Sequence record: PZ212788.1
Origin: a phage
Length of the DNA: 64,000 nucleotides
Reading direction: 5' to 3' (one strand)
Shown here: piece by piece, positions 50,021-59,841 of the stretch
Layout: every line of letters starts with the position of its first letter
Numbering within the stretch: the first letter of the stretch is position 1
The notes under the pieces: generated by a model
What the model saw: the letters and a program-made list of their open reading frames with translations, nothing else
The model's database searches: none
Told to the model about the DNA's origin: nothing
Position numbers and translations under genes: made by a program

Positions 50021-50755
50021 ATGAACGAGTTCAGAGATCACTGTGTAGCCAATCACTTGTGGTCAGAAATATTGGAGTATGACGGTCAAAATCTTTTTTG
50101 GAAGATAGACATTCTGGCAGGTAGCGGTGTAGGATATGTTAAAACTTCAGCAGGCTCCAGAGCCGACAAGGGGCAAGATGCTGATGGCAGGCCTGTGGTT
50201 AGCCTAGGAAAGCATTGCACTAAAGGTGCCCACGTCATAATTTGGGAAATGTTTAACGGTCCTGTACCGGAAGGGTATGAGGTTGACCACATCAAGGAGA
50301 TAAGGGAAACAGGTGGTGTGGCTGATAACAGTATTCAAAATTTGCAACTACTCGAGCCCACAGATAACAAAAAGAAAAGTTGCAAGATACCTCGTAGCAA
50401 CAACAAATCTGGCAGGGTCGGGGTGCACTATTCTGAAGAAAGAGAGGCATGGGTAGCTCAAGGCACAGACTCTGTAGGGGAAAGGGTCTGGCTAGGCCAG
50501 TACAGAACTTTCGAAGAGGCAGAGTGGGCAAGAAAGTTCTTCGAAGATAATGGTTTTTCGCACAAGAGTGGAAGAGCCGTGCAGTATAATAACACCAGCG
50601 GTTGCTCAGGGGTGAATTGGGATAAAACCCATGAGAGATGGGTAGCCAGAATTTATGTAGATGGTAAAAGGAAATGCCTTGGGTATTTCAAGAATAGGGA
50701 CGATGCAATAGCTGCAAGAAAGAATGCTGAGAAGAAACAGGAGGAGACAGTATGA
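50021..50755 (+). CDS. HNH homing endonuclease with tandem AP2-like DNA-binding domains
   Basis: HNH core around GYEVDHIKEI; two AP2-like repeats (SGRVGVHYSEEREAWVAQ..., SGCSGVNWDKTHERWVARIYVDGKRKCLGYF). Confidence 0.65.
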   Translation: MNEFRDHCVANHLWSEILEYDGQNLFWKIDILAGSGVGYVKTSAGSRADKGQDADGRPVVSLGKHCTKGAHVIIWEMFNGPVPEGYEVDHIKEIRETGGVADNSIQNLQLLEPTDNKKKSCKIPRSNNKSGRVGVHYSEEREAWVAQGTDSVGERVWLGQYRTFEEAEWARKFFEDNGFSHKSGRAVQYNNTSGCSGVNWDKTHERWVARIYVDGKRKCLGYFKNRDDAIAARKNAEKKQEETV

Positions 50756-53529
50756 GTAATTGGTGCTTCGATCTGGAGGCCTCCGGGCTTTTGGAAGACC
50801 CAGATCTTTATTATCACTGCGGCCTGTTTAAAGAGCTGAATAAGAACCGTTTTATGCTGTTCCTTCCTCTAAATGACCGCACACACTACTCCGAGGAGGA
50901 TATAGAAAAGGCTAAGAACTTCATTCTGGCAAAGAAAACTCTTTATAAAGATTTTGAAGTTCGCATAGCAGATTTTTCAGAGTTGGAAGGTTGGCTTACA
51001 GGAAATTCTGACTGGTCACCAACAGCTTTGAACTGCCATAACTGCTACAGTTATGACTTTATGCTGATGGAAAGATTATCTGGTATTCATTTTGATATGT
51101 TCCGTGATCCTAAATGTATGGGGACTATCAACGATCACCAGGTTAACCTGTTTGATACGTTGGCGATGAGCCGAATCTTGTGGCCTGATCGCCCTTTACC
51201 AAAAGGTTGTCCGGACTCTGTATTCAACCCGGTTACTAAGAAAATGCAACCTGTTGGTCCTCACGGCCTTATGGCATGGGGCTACGCCCTTGGTAACCAG
51301 AAAGTTCAAATTGATGACTGGCGCGATCTTCCGTTGTGGAAGTATGTGGATCGTGTATTCGAGGACGTTATCATCCAGGAGCTGCTCTGGAAAGAGCTGG
51401 TAGCGGAATCAAAAGGTGTATTCTACGGCAAATCTGACATGCAGAACTTTATGTACGATCCAGCCAAAGAGAAGCCGAAAGGGTTCAAGAAAATCACCTG
51501 GAAGAACGCATTACGCCGAGGCATGCTGCAGCACTTCCTGATGGAGCTGCAGGCCCGTCAGGGTGTGTATTTCGACATAGATGGGGCTATTGCTTTACGT
51601 GACCGTTGCGATGCGTGGATGAAAGAGATCGCTGATCGTGTTGAACCTCAACTTCCTTTAAAAGAGTTGTCAATGTCTCAGCGGCCCAAGTTCCCTGAAA
51701 AGCCGTTTAACCAAGATGGGACAATCTCCAATAATGGTTGGAAATGGTTAAAAGATAAGCTTGGCTATCCTGTAGACATGAGCGCTTTAGAATTCAAAGC
51801 CCCGCCTAAGCGAGCATTTACCTCCACAGGAGATGTCAGCAAGATGGGGATAAAATGGTGCGAAGAGATGGGCTGCAAAGACCCCGACAAGATGGCTGAT
51901 TTCTTGAGAGGTTATATTAAGGGCACCTCCACACCACAACCTTTACCTAAAGAGCTGATGGATCAGGCAATAAGTGATCTGCAGCAGAAGCGAATGCCTG
52001 ACTGCAAGATACCTATGAAAATCAGCAATCAGGACGACATTAAGCGATACCTGATCAGTGCTGGTTGGCTCCCAACAATGTGGAGAACTAAGGATGTAAC
52101 TAAAGACAGCAAGAAGAAAGCTCTACCTGATGCAGATGTTGATGCACGAGTGTATGCATATATGGACGAGCTTTTAGAGTCAGAGTATTGTGACCTAATT
52201 ATCAACTTCTGGAACAAAACTGATGCTAAGTTCCAGACAACCGTGCACAAGTTCCGAAGCTTTCCTAACTCCGAAAGGATTAAAAAGGAAGTATTCGGGA
52301 AAATACGTAGAAAAGCTAGGGCACTTATTACTTCTCCGCAACTGAAAGATACGTTTGGACACCTATGCCCGAATCTTGAAAAATTGAACGGAGAGATGGC
52401 TAAAGATATCGTCTTGTGGTTATCATTGCGAAACCGCAGATCGGTCCTTGATCCAATTAAGGAGGATAAGGTTGATACTGGTCTTCTTAATCACCCACGT
52501 TTGAAGATTGACCATAAGCTTCCTGCTAAAAGCTCTGGATTAACAAACACTTCCAGACAGAAACACAGTATTTGTGCAAACATGCCTAAACCATCTCCTA
52601 AAGTGGTTATGGGTAAAGAGATGCGTAGTCTGTGGGGTGTTCCTCCGGGATACTTTGAGATCGGTATTGACGGGTCCAACTTAGAGCAGCTTATCGGGGC
52701 TTGGGGTGCCTTTGAGTTCGACAACGGCTTGTATTATGATGTTGTAAGTAACGGAGACGCACACCAAAACAATGCTGAGGCATATACAAAAGTGGCAGGC
52801 AGAGAGGTGTCCCGTAACGACGGTAAACCTATCACGTATGGGGTTATGTACGGGGCACAAAAAGATAAAGTTGCAGATATGCTGGACATCTCCCCAGAGT
52901 TGGGACAAAGGGTAATCGATGCACTCTGGGATGCCAACCCAGGTCTTAAGGGGCGCAAAGAGGATCTGGAGAAATTCTGGGAAGCAACAGGTAAGAAGTT
53001 TATCTACTCTTTTGATGGTCATGCTATCTGGACCCGATCTAAACACTCTTTACTTAATGCATACCAACAAAATGGCGGTGCATCGTTGTGTGACTTAGTT
53101 GGAATACTCATGCACCACCAGATGGTGAAGCGTGGGTGGTACGATGAAGGTGTTCGTCGTATTATCTATTACCATGACGAATATCAGCTTCAAGTCCCTG
53201 ACACACCGAAGTATAAGACTGTGTACACCTTCGACACAATCGAAGAACTGGAAGCATTTAAGGCAGAGCAGGAGGCCAAACTTCATGTGTTCGACGGTCA
53301 TAAGTACAAAAAGGCACGCAAGGATGAGGACGGAAACGAAGTGGTTGACAGAGACGGAAACACGGTGTACGATCCTATCCTGAATGATGACGGAAAGCTT
53401 GAACTTATCTGGAGCCCTGTGGGTGAAATGGTGGTGCATTGCTTCTGGCAAGCTTCTAAAATGATGGGCGTCCCGTTCCAGATCACAGGTGAATACTTGT
53501 GTGGTCGTAATTGGGGCGATTGTCACTAA
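50752..53529 (+). CDS. DNA polymerase, family A with 3'-5' exonuclease domain
   Basis: Exo I FDLEASGL; motif A-like IGIDGSNLEQLIG; motif B-like R..GKPITYGVMYGAQ; motif C YYHDEYQL. Confidence 0.8.
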   Translation: MSNWCFDLEASGLLEDPDLYYHCGLFKELNKNRFMLFLPLNDRTHYSEEDIEKAKNFILAKKTLYKDFEVRIADFSELEGWLTGNSDWSPTALNCHNCYSYDFMLMERLSGIHFDMFRDPKCMGTINDHQVNLFDTLAMSRILWPDRPLPKGCPDSVFNPVTKKMQPVGPHGLMAWGYALGNQKVQIDDWRDLPLWKYVDRVFEDVIIQELLWKELVAESKGVFYGKSDMQNFMYDPAKEKPKGFKKITWKNALRRGMLQHFLMELQARQGVYFDIDGAIALRDRCDAWMKEIADRVEPQLPLKELSMSQRPKFPEKPFNQDGTISNNGWKWLKDKLGYPVDMSALEFKAPPKRAFTSTGDVSKMGIKWCEEMGCKDPDKMADFLRGYIKGTSTPQPLPKELMDQAISDLQQKRMPDCKIPMKISNQDDIKRYLISAGWLPTMWRTKDVTKDSKKKALPDADVDARVYAYMDELLESEYCDLIINFWNKTDAKFQTTVHKFRSFPNSERIKKEVFGKIRRKARALITSPQLKDTFGHLCPNLEKLNGEMAKDIVLWLSLRNRRSVLDPIKEDKVDTGLLNHPRLKIDHKLPAKSSGLTNTSRQKHSICANMPKPSPKVVMGKEMRSLWGVPPGYFEIGIDGSNLEQLIGAWGAFEFDNGLYYDVVSNGDAHQNNAEAYTKVAGREVSRNDGKPITYGVMYGAQKDKVADMLDISPELGQRVIDALWDANPGLKGRKEDLEKFWEATGKKFIYSFDGHAIWTRSKHSLLNAYQQNGGASLCDLVGILMHHQMVKRGWYDEGVRRIIYYHDEYQLQVPDTPKYKTVYTFDTIEELEAFKAEQEAKLHVFDGHKYKKARKDEDGNEVVDRDGNTVYDPILNDDGKLELIWSPVGEMVVHCFWQASKMMGVPFQITGEYLCGRNWGDCH

Positions 53530-53578
53530 TGTAAACTATCAACACATGGAAGTGTTGTTGAGCAAAGAGGAGACTTTT

Positions 53579-53863
53579 ATGGTAGTAGAGCCAACAAAAA
53601 CATTTACATCCATGACCATTCCTGTTATTATGCAGGTGGAGTGTGTTCAGGTATCTCAAGTGTGGCCTGGCACCAAAATCCCAACAGGGCCTGATTTCTT
53701 TCAGGTTGGGAAAGTGTACAATGTCTGGAAGGCACCAGATTGTTACCCTTTCATTAAAGATGACCGTGGGATGCTGTGGTATCTTGGAAATGACTTGACA
53801 CTGCACCTTGGGAATGCTATTATTGCAGTATTCAGACTTAACAAGAAGGAGACCGATCAATGA
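53579..53863 (+). CDS. small protein, member of a local paralogous family
   Basis: Start trimmed to ATG 53579 (AAGAGGAGA RBS); contains FIKDDRGMLWYLGND matching the family (K/E)DD.G..W motif. Confidence 0.45.
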   Translation: MVVEPTKTFTSMTIPVIMQVECVQVSQVWPGTKIPTGPDFFQVGKVYNVWKAPDCYPFIKDDRGMLWYLGNDLTLHLGNAIIAVFRLNKKETDQ

Positions 53864-54087
53864 CGACTTTGGTTAAAGCTACCTTTGTAGAAGAAAAGAT
53901 GACAGACCTGTCATTCTTTAAAGAAGGAAAGACCTACGAGGTTTATTACGATAAAGCTCGTGCAAACAAAATGATTAAAGACGAGGAAGGGGTTGCCTGG
54001 TATATCTCTCACCTGGCAAACGGTGAGTATCATATCTACGGAACCACTTTGCTTGCCAAGTTTGTAGTTGTTGAAGAGGACCTATGA
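53860..54087 (+). CDS. small protein, paralogous family member
   Basis: 75 aa; MIKDEEGVAWYISHLANGEY. Confidence 0.5.
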   Translation: MTTLVKATFVEEKMTDLSFFKEGKTYEVYYDKARANKMIKDEEGVAWYISHLANGEYHIYGTTLLAKFVVVEEDL

Positions 54088-54278
54088 AAGTAAAGTATCT
54101 TGCTGAAGGTATGAATAGGTATTTTACCCTTGGGGAAGAATATTGGCCCTTTACAAACAACGGTGATGTCTACGTGAAAGATAATTTCGGCACGCCGTGG
54201 TTTCTGCACTCTAATGGGCTGGGATACTCCATTTACTGCGGTGCAGTGAACAACACAACTCTTGCAGAGTTCGTTTAG
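54084..54278 (+). CDS. small protein, paralogous family member
   Basis: 64 aa; YVKDNFGTPWFLHSNG. Confidence 0.45.
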   Translation: MKVKYLAEGMNRYFTLGEEYWPFTNNGDVYVKDNFGTPWFLHSNGLGYSIYCGAVNNTTLAEFV

Positions 54279-54288
54279 AGGAGGTAGG

Positions 54289-54660
54289 ATGTTAGTAAAA
54301 GGTACCCACACAGTCAAACAACGTATTGAAGTTGAGATTGATGATTGTGAGCTGAAGCATATTTTACGGTCATGCTCCAACGTTTTGCTCCTTAGTATTC
54401 TTCAGGAGCGAGCGGAGAACGAGTTCTTAAATGCATTGGCAGGCCGTCCCGGTGACTTCTGTGTGCGTAAGCGTGGTGACAACAAGTCGTGGTTGTGGGA
54501 GATCGATGCCGACTGGGATTACCACAAAAATGAGGGTATAGATGAGCCTATTCGTGAACTGACGGACAAAGAGATTCAGATGTACAATGAAGTTTGTCAT
54601 TGGGCAACACGCCAACAAATTTACCTAGACCCTGTGTGGCTGATTGAAAATAGTCGTTGA
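54289..54660 (+). CDS. hypothetical protein
   Basis: Start trimmed to ATG 54289 (GAGGAGG RBS). Confidence 0.4.
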   Translation: MLVKGTHTVKQRIEVEIDDCELKHILRSCSNVLLLSILQERAENEFLNALAGRPGDFCVRKRGDNKSWLWEIDADWDYHKNEGIDEPIRELTDKEIQMYNEVCHWATRQQIYLDPVWLIENSR

Positions 54661-54736
54661 CAAGAAGTAAGGTTAGATGTAAGATACTCCTCACAAACAG
54701 AGTATTGATTGTTAAATAATTAAGGAGACCTCTAAG

Positions 54737-54991
54737 ATGAAAATCATGTTGAAACCAGAATGCGTTGCAAACGACCGAGCTTTTAAAGATTGCACACTTG
54801 GCGCTACTTATGAAGCAGAGTTTTGTGAGAACCCTTTGGTAAAAGCCCTTTTGGAAGAAGGGGCCCCTCTATCACAAGAAGAGCTTGATGAGCTGGAAAA
54901 CTCAGCACAGTGCCTTACCTTTAAAGATGATGAAGGAGACTCTGTCTGGTGCACTGTTAACGAAGTAGTTTTTGTAAAAACTGAACATTAA
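54737..54991 (+). CDS. small protein, paralogous family member
   Basis: 84 aa; KPECVANDRAFKDCTLGATYEA ... FKDDEGDSVWCTVNEV, clearly alignable with 55055 ORF. Confidence 0.5.
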   Translation: MKIMLKPECVANDRAFKDCTLGATYEAEFCENPLVKALLEEGAPLSQEELDELENSAQCLTFKDDEGDSVWCTVNEVVFVKTEH

Positions 54992-55054
54992 TACTTGACA
55001 ACAGCGATAGGACCTAATACAATGGTCCTATCAAAACGAAAGGGGACCACAGCA

Positions 55055-55315
55055 ATGACCAAACAATATCAACGAATTAAAGCCAAGGTTAAGCCAGACT
55101 ATCTAGAGAAGGACTCTGCTTTTCGGGACTGCACAGCTGACAAAGTTTACACAGGGGCCGTCCTGTTGAACGATAAACTTGAAGTAGATGTGCTGGGTAA
55201 AGAGGCCGTTATCGAGGATGACAACGGTGACTGTGTTTTCTGCACCACACGAGAGCTAGAAGTCTTAGAATATTTCGGTGAAATCTTCAACTCCTTAGAC
55301 GACGAGGAAGCGTGA
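55055..55315 (+). CDS. small protein, paralogous family member
   Basis: Start trimmed to ATG 55055; KPDYLEKDSAFRDCTADKVYTG ... IEDDNGDCVFCTTREL. Confidence 0.5.
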   Translation: MTKQYQRIKAKVKPDYLEKDSAFRDCTADKVYTGAVLLNDKLEVDVLGKEAVIEDDNGDCVFCTTRELEVLEYFGEIFNSLDDEEA

Positions 55316-55704
55316 TGAAAAATATTTGGGATATCGATATCTTTGAAGCCTCTAAGCTTGACGGTGCTGATGGAGTGATTATGGTGTCTGATGGCAAGGC
55401 AACACTAACTTCCGGAGATATCATCTATGCCTTGGACGAGCTGGCGCTTCTGAAATCTACCGGTAACACTTTGGAGGAGCGTCTTCAGGGATTCGCTTTC
55501 AAAGAAGGTACAAATACAGCCATGATGTGCACCACACGGACAGTTCAGGTTGGTAACGGTGTCTATATGATTATTGCTGTGTGTCCTAAATTCAGCAACG
55601 TCAACAAAGATGATGCTGACGCGGTCAACGATGTGGTTGTTCTCTTCGTGGGTGACGCTATGGCAGATCTGATGAATGCAGGAGAAGCAGCAAATGAAGA
55701 CTGA
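55315..55704 (+). CDS. hypothetical protein
   Basis: Start at ATG 55315 overlapping upstream stop. Confidence 0.4.
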   Translation: MKNIWDIDIFEASKLDGADGVIMVSDGKATLTSGDIIYALDELALLKSTGNTLEERLQGFAFKEGTNTAMMCTTRTVQVGNGVYMIIAVCPKFSNVNKDDADAVNDVVVLFVGDAMADLMNAGEAANED

Positions 55705-55996
55705 AAACATCACCCCAGCAGGGTTCTTAAAAGTATACCGTGAACTGCTATATACTACAGAGGACAGTGTTCTAGAGTATCCAGAATATCTTTTGCTGTA
55801 TAAGTATCTGCAGGAGGCTGGTGAAAATCTGCCAGTTAGTGCAGAAGGTGGTCCAAACTGGATATACAGCGCATGGAGAAAGGTTGACATTCTCCCAGAC
55901 CCAGGTAAAGATATGGTAGTTTGGCAGCTTATCAACAACATCGGGATTCCAATCTTTGATGAAGCTGTTAAAATCTATTTTGAACTTGACGATTAA
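55694..55996 (+). CDS. hypothetical protein
   Basis: Start trimmed to ATG 55694 with AGGAGA RBS. Confidence 0.4.
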   Translation: MKTENITPAGFLKVYRELLYTTEDSVLEYPEYLLLYKYLQEAGENLPVSAEGGPNWIYSAWRKVDILPDPGKDMVVWQLINNIGIPIFDEAVKIYFELDD

Positions 55997-56013
55997 TATC
56001 AGGAGACCTTAAG

Positions 56014-56259
56014 ATGACTGAAGCAGTTGCTCGCGCAGGACAGAAAGTACGTTGTGTTGAAGTAGGTTTTGGTGGCAAAGGGTGTCAAAACTTGACTCAA
56101 GGCAAGGAATATGCTGTTATCTCTGGTGGTGGCGACGAAAGTATTGTGTTCGAGGGCCACATCCTGGATGCTGAAAACTTTGAAATCTTTGACGACGATG
56201 GGGATCCGATCACCTGCCTGCTGGACGGGAATTGGGGAACTTTCGAAGTGATTGGCTAA
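56014..56259 (+). CDS. small protein, distant paralogous family member
   Basis: 81 aa; IFDDDGDPITCLLDGNWG; CAGGAGA RBS. Confidence 0.4.
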   Translation: MTEAVARAGQKVRCVEVGFGGKGCQNLTQGKEYAVISGGGDESIVFEGHILDAENFEIFDDDGDPITCLLDGNWGTFEVIG

Positions 56260-56269
56260 CAAATACCTA

Positions 56270-56298
56270 TTGTAATTTACAGAAGGGGATGCTAAAAT
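56270..56298 (+). promoter_or_regulatory. sigma70-like promoter with extended -10 (TTGTAA-17-TGcTAAAAT)
   Basis: -35 56270-56275, TGc TAAAAT 56290-56298, followed by AG as in the other TAAAATAG promoters. Confidence 0.5.
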
Positions 56299-56342
56299 AG
56301 TGTCTCCTTCTATGTTGTTCAAATAAAATCGGAGATTCCATA

Positions 56343-56711
56343 ATGGAACAAATGAACGATCAAGAGTCGGTTGCGATGAACGAGCAAGAACAACCTCAAG
56401 AATTTTTCTTAGGGTTAAGTAAAGATCAAGTGTCTCTTTTGCTAGTGCTTTCTTCTTTCATGGGAAGACTTCAGGAGCTCACACAACAACCGGAGGCTGA
56501 ACAATTATTTCAGGCTCTGCGTGAAGAAGAAAAATATCGTCGTTTGGACTATGCCTTAGGTTGGGTAGCTCAACAACGAGATATGTTGATGGCCCTCTCT
56601 GGGACCACAAGTTTTGCAATGGGCCTGTTGGCTCAAGTTCAGGACAAATTAATTCAAGCAGGGTTTGCACACACGGCAAACACTAACGAAGAACAAGGAG
56701 ACAAAGAATGA
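56343..56711 (+). CDS. hypothetical protein
   Basis: 122 aa ORF. Confidence 0.4.
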   Translation: MEQMNDQESVAMNEQEQPQEFFLGLSKDQVSLLLVLSSFMGRLQELTQQPEAEQLFQALREEEKYRRLDYALGWVAQQRDMLMALSGTTSFAMGLLAQVQDKLIQAGFAHTANTNEEQGDKE

Positions 56712-57979
56712 GCGTTATTCAACAATTCGCTAACCCGATGAATCCGCGTGAAACTGTTTTACTGGCTCACGGCATGATTAAACGCGTCAGCATCAAGCCT
56801 ATCAAAGGTGCTGATCCTACAACAGGTATTAAAACCACTGTGTGGCAAGGTAAGAAAATTGAGTCCAGCCACACCATCTCTTTACTGATTTCTGAACTGG
56901 ATTCCTCTGATAACCTACTTCAAGGTGGTGAAGAAGTTTGGATCAGTATGGGCGATAAGCTGCTTAAACCGGGTCATCAAGACTCTGTCTCTGTTAAAAT
57001 TGATGACAAGTGGGAAACCGTAACGCCAGGATGGATCGTAAATATCCCTTTGAAGGCAAACGAGCATAACGGTAAGACCTACTACAAAGGCTCACTGGCT
57101 AAGATGGTTAAGCTGGGTGCAGGAGAGGCTCCAGCAGCGACTCAGCAGCAAAAACAGCAACAAGGTGCACAATCACAAGGCCAGAAGCAGAAACCTCAGC
57201 AGAATGCCAATCAGGACGTTTTACGCATCTATGGTGATGTGACTCAGATTGTTGGCAACGTGGTTACTGTTAATGACCACAAGATTGGCGAAGGTGCTAT
57301 GGTTGTAACTGATGAGCAGCTTAAAGACCTGGTGGTAGGTGGTCGTGTTGCAGCCATTGTTGACAAAGACACCGGAAACATTATCAGTGGTTTCAAAGCC
57401 TATCCTCCTAAGGCAGAGAACGGCACTCAAGGCTCTGGTGGCAAGCGTAAATCCTCTTACGACCCTATCGGTGTGGAGACGGGACATAGCATCAATGCGT
57501 TGCAGATCATCCTGGATCGCGGGTTTAAGGTAGACGACCCACTGGGCGTGGCTAAAACACTGCACGTAGTCACCATTGAGCTTAAGAAAGAGTATGCTCA
57601 AGCCACCAACCGAACTGAAGATGAAGTAGGTGCCAGTGTCGGTAATGCGGTGTTGAACGCTTGTCGCCGTATTGACAAGAAAACGAAAGTTGATGATTTT
57701 GCAGTGGCAATTACTGCAGAAGCAAAAGATGTCTTGACTAATCTAGCTGAGCCGTTGTACGATTGGATCAAGAACGGTGCTGAGTCCACTGACCATCAAG
57801 AACCTCAGGCTGCCAAACAGGAAGCAGCTCCACAGCAAAACACTGTAGACGCTCCTCCTGTAAATGATGGGGAAGATGACCCGATGGATCAGAATCCAGC
57901 ACAGTATGACTTCTGTGATGACATACCTTTCGCTCCGGTGGGTTTGCAATATGGAAAAAGCAGAATCCACGCATTGTAA
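56708..57979 (+). CDS. single-stranded DNA-binding protein-like, with internal acidic DDIPF motif
   Basis: Gln-rich linker ([26 protein letters not shown]) and acidic region ...[19 protein letters not shown] typical of SSB C-terminal tips, but followed by 15 extra residues before the stop. Confidence 0.5.
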   Translation: MSVIQQFANPMNPRETVLLAHGMIKRVSIKPIKGADPTTGIKTTVWQGKKIESSHTISLLISELDSSDNLLQGGEEVWISMGDKLLKPGHQDSVSVKIDDKWETVTPGWIVNIPLKANEHNGKTYYKGSLAKMVKLGAGEAPAATQQQKQQQGAQSQGQKQKPQQNANQDVLRIYGDVTQIVGNVVTVNDHKIGEGAMVVTDEQLKDLVVGGRVAAIVDKDTGNIISGFKAYPPKAENGTQGSGGKRKSSYDPIGVETGHSINALQIILDRGFKVDDPLGVAKTLHVVTIELKKEYAQATNRTEDEVGASVGNAVLNACRRIDKKTKVDDFAVAITAEAKDVLTNLAEPLYDWIKNGAESTDHQEPQAAKQEAAPQQNTVDAPPVNDGEDDPMDQNPAQYDFCDDIPFAPVGLQYGKSRIHAL

Positions 57980-58574
57980 GAGGTGCATCAAGTGCGGAGA
58001 GGTGAAAAACCTCTCCGAGTTCTACAAACACCCAAAGATGTCTGACGGTCATCTTAATAAGTGCAAAGAGTGTTGCAAGAAGGCCAGCAGGGAGGCTGAC
58101 AGGTTTTCCCACGACTCTTCAGAAAAAGGTGTAATACGCGTGCTGTACAAGGCTCAAAAGTGCAACAGCAAGCAAAGAGGCCACCCTCCTCCGACTTACA
58201 CCAAAAAAGAGTTTAAGGAGTGGCTATACCTGAACGGTTACAAAGAGTTGTATGATCAGTGGGTAGCCAGCGGATACGACAAAAGGAAAAAGCCTTCTTG
58301 TGACAGGATAGATGATTTCAAAGGGTACTCTTTTGATAATATCCGTTTAACGACTTGGGGAGAAAATAAAGACAAGCAGACGGAGGATATTCTGTTGCAT
58401 AGAAGCACCAGCGGTAGACGGTGTAAAAATGTAAGAAGGCTGGACATGAATGGAAACGTTCTTAAAGAATGGGTATCCCACAATTCTTGTAGAAGAGAAA
58501 CCGGAATATGTGTTGATTACTACATTCATGAAAAAATTCCAGCCCCCGATGGATACCTCTATGAATACTTTTAG
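57951..58574 (+). CDS. HNH-family endonuclease (free-standing, zinc-finger N-terminus)
   Basis: [10 protein letters not shown]...CKECC cysteine cluster; [27 protein letters not shown]-like core; start trimmed to ATG 57951, overlapping the 3' end of the SSB-like gene. Confidence 0.5.
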   Translation: MEKAESTHCKRCIKCGEVKNLSEFYKHPKMSDGHLNKCKECCKKASREADRFSHDSSEKGVIRVLYKAQKCNSKQRGHPPPTYTKKEFKEWLYLNGYKELYDQWVASGYDKRKKPSCDRIDDFKGYSFDNIRLTTWGENKDKQTEDILLHRSTSGRRCKNVRRLDMNGNVLKEWVSHNSCRRETGICVDYYIHEKIPAPDGYLYEYF

Positions 58575-58589
58575 CACCTAACTAACATA

Positions 58590-58618
58590 GCCCTGCCCGA
58601 AAGGGTGGGGCATTTTTG
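58590..58618 (+). terminator. rho-independent terminator (GAAA-loop family, copy 2)
   Basis: gccctgccc-gaaa-gggtggggc followed by atttttg. Confidence 0.7.
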
Positions 58619-58636
58619 TATAAGGAGATCTGAAAA

Positions 58637-59053
58637 ATGACATTAGAAGATATCATTGTTAAACCTGAGAACTATGACCAATACAACCTGTCAACTCAAT
58701 CTGTAGACCTTGGATGCGCCACAGTTAGTGCGTGGCTGGTTAACGGAAAAGAGCTGGACAAGTGCTTAGAAGCTCACATGTCTGTTAACAAGTTTCTGGA
58801 TGAAAATACTCACTGGCTTGAGGGTGCAGGAGTATATGCTTCATGGTTGGAAAGTATGGGATTCGACTACCAATCTGAAGAAGGGTGGTGGAGCTATTTA
58901 GCTATCTGCCCAGAGACGCTGCAATGCTTCATGAAATATTCTGAAGATTTGGAGTACCGGGCGGTGGTTGATAGTGCTATTGCCCGTTATAGCCGTAAAC
59001 CTTTTTCCCACGACATTAAAACTGTGGAAGAGTTTGTTGAAGTTTTCTGTTGA
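58637..59053 (+). CDS. hypothetical protein
   Basis: 138 aa ORF with AAGGAGA RBS. Confidence 0.45.
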   Translation: MTLEDIIVKPENYDQYNLSTQSVDLGCATVSAWLVNGKELDKCLEAHMSVNKFLDENTHWLEGAGVYASWLESMGFDYQSEEGWWSYLAICPETLQCFMKYSEDLEYRAVVDSAIARYSRKPFSHDIKTVEEFVEVFC

Positions 59054-59078
59054 CACAGGTGGAAAGGTGTGCAATTAT
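59050..59078 (+). promoter_or_regulatory. possible promoter (TTGACA-17-TGcAATTAT)
   Basis: Consensus -35 59050-59055; weak -10 with upstream TG. Confidence 0.3.
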
Positions 59079-59149
59079 AACTTCATAGAACGGGAGGACG
59101 TGATGAACGAAGAAAACTGGGATGTATAACTAACAGGAGGCCACTGCCC

Positions 59150-59347
59150 ATGATTTATCGAATCCGTGTAAGAGAAGATGCACCAGGCTGTTACTTTGAC
59201 TGGCGTGGGTGGTGGTTTCTCCACCCAATGGATGGACTCACAGATAGAATGCTGGATGCTGCCCTTTATACAGATACCGACATAGAATATAATCTCTATC
59301 TGAAGGACGGTATAGATAACGGCCTGTTTGAAGCAATTCCTGTGTAA
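59150..59347 (+). CDS. hypothetical protein
   Basis: 65 aa ORF with AGGAGG RBS. Confidence 0.4.
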   Translation: MIYRIRVREDAPGCYFDWRGWWFLHPMDGLTDRMLDAALYTDTDIEYNLYLKDGIDNGLFEAIPV

Positions 59348-59415
59348 GAGACTGTGATAGCTATGTTTTATGATCTTCCTGTAGCACCACCACCTGTTGA
59401 ACCCGGAGAACTAAG

Positions 59416-59841
59416 ATGATCTATGAAATGCCAAAACTGATTCGTGACGATGCCCAAAACGCCCACACCTTTATCATGGGCAAGCGCATGGATATTATTT
59501 GTCATAAAGATTTCTGGGAAGGTAGTTACTTCACAGAATATTTTGGTAAACTGGATAATGGTCTGCTGATCCAGTTCTACACCGATGCGGAAAACAATAT
59601 CTGCTGGGAGTTCGAAACTGAAGATATCCATAAACTTTTCACCTTCCTAGGTATTAAGGTTGAGGCCAAGTTTGAAGAAGGCGAGTGCGACGATTGTGGA
59701 TTCTACGAGGTAACAGATTTCTATCTCCCAAGTGGTGAGAACCTTTACTATGAAAGCCACTTCGGCAACTCAAATATGCCACAAGGTTGGGATGAGTTTT
59801 TTGAAATTGCGGAAGAGGAGCTGACATACCGTGATTATTGA
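59416..59841 (+). CDS. hypothetical protein
   Basis: 141 aa ORF with GGAGAA RBS. Confidence 0.4.
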   Translation: MIYEMPKLIRDDAQNAHTFIMGKRMDIICHKDFWEGSYFTEYFGKLDNGLLIQFYTDAENNICWEFETEDIHKLFTFLGIKVEAKFEEGECDDCGFYEVTDFYLPSGENLYYESHFGNSNMPQGWDEFFEIAEEELTYRDY

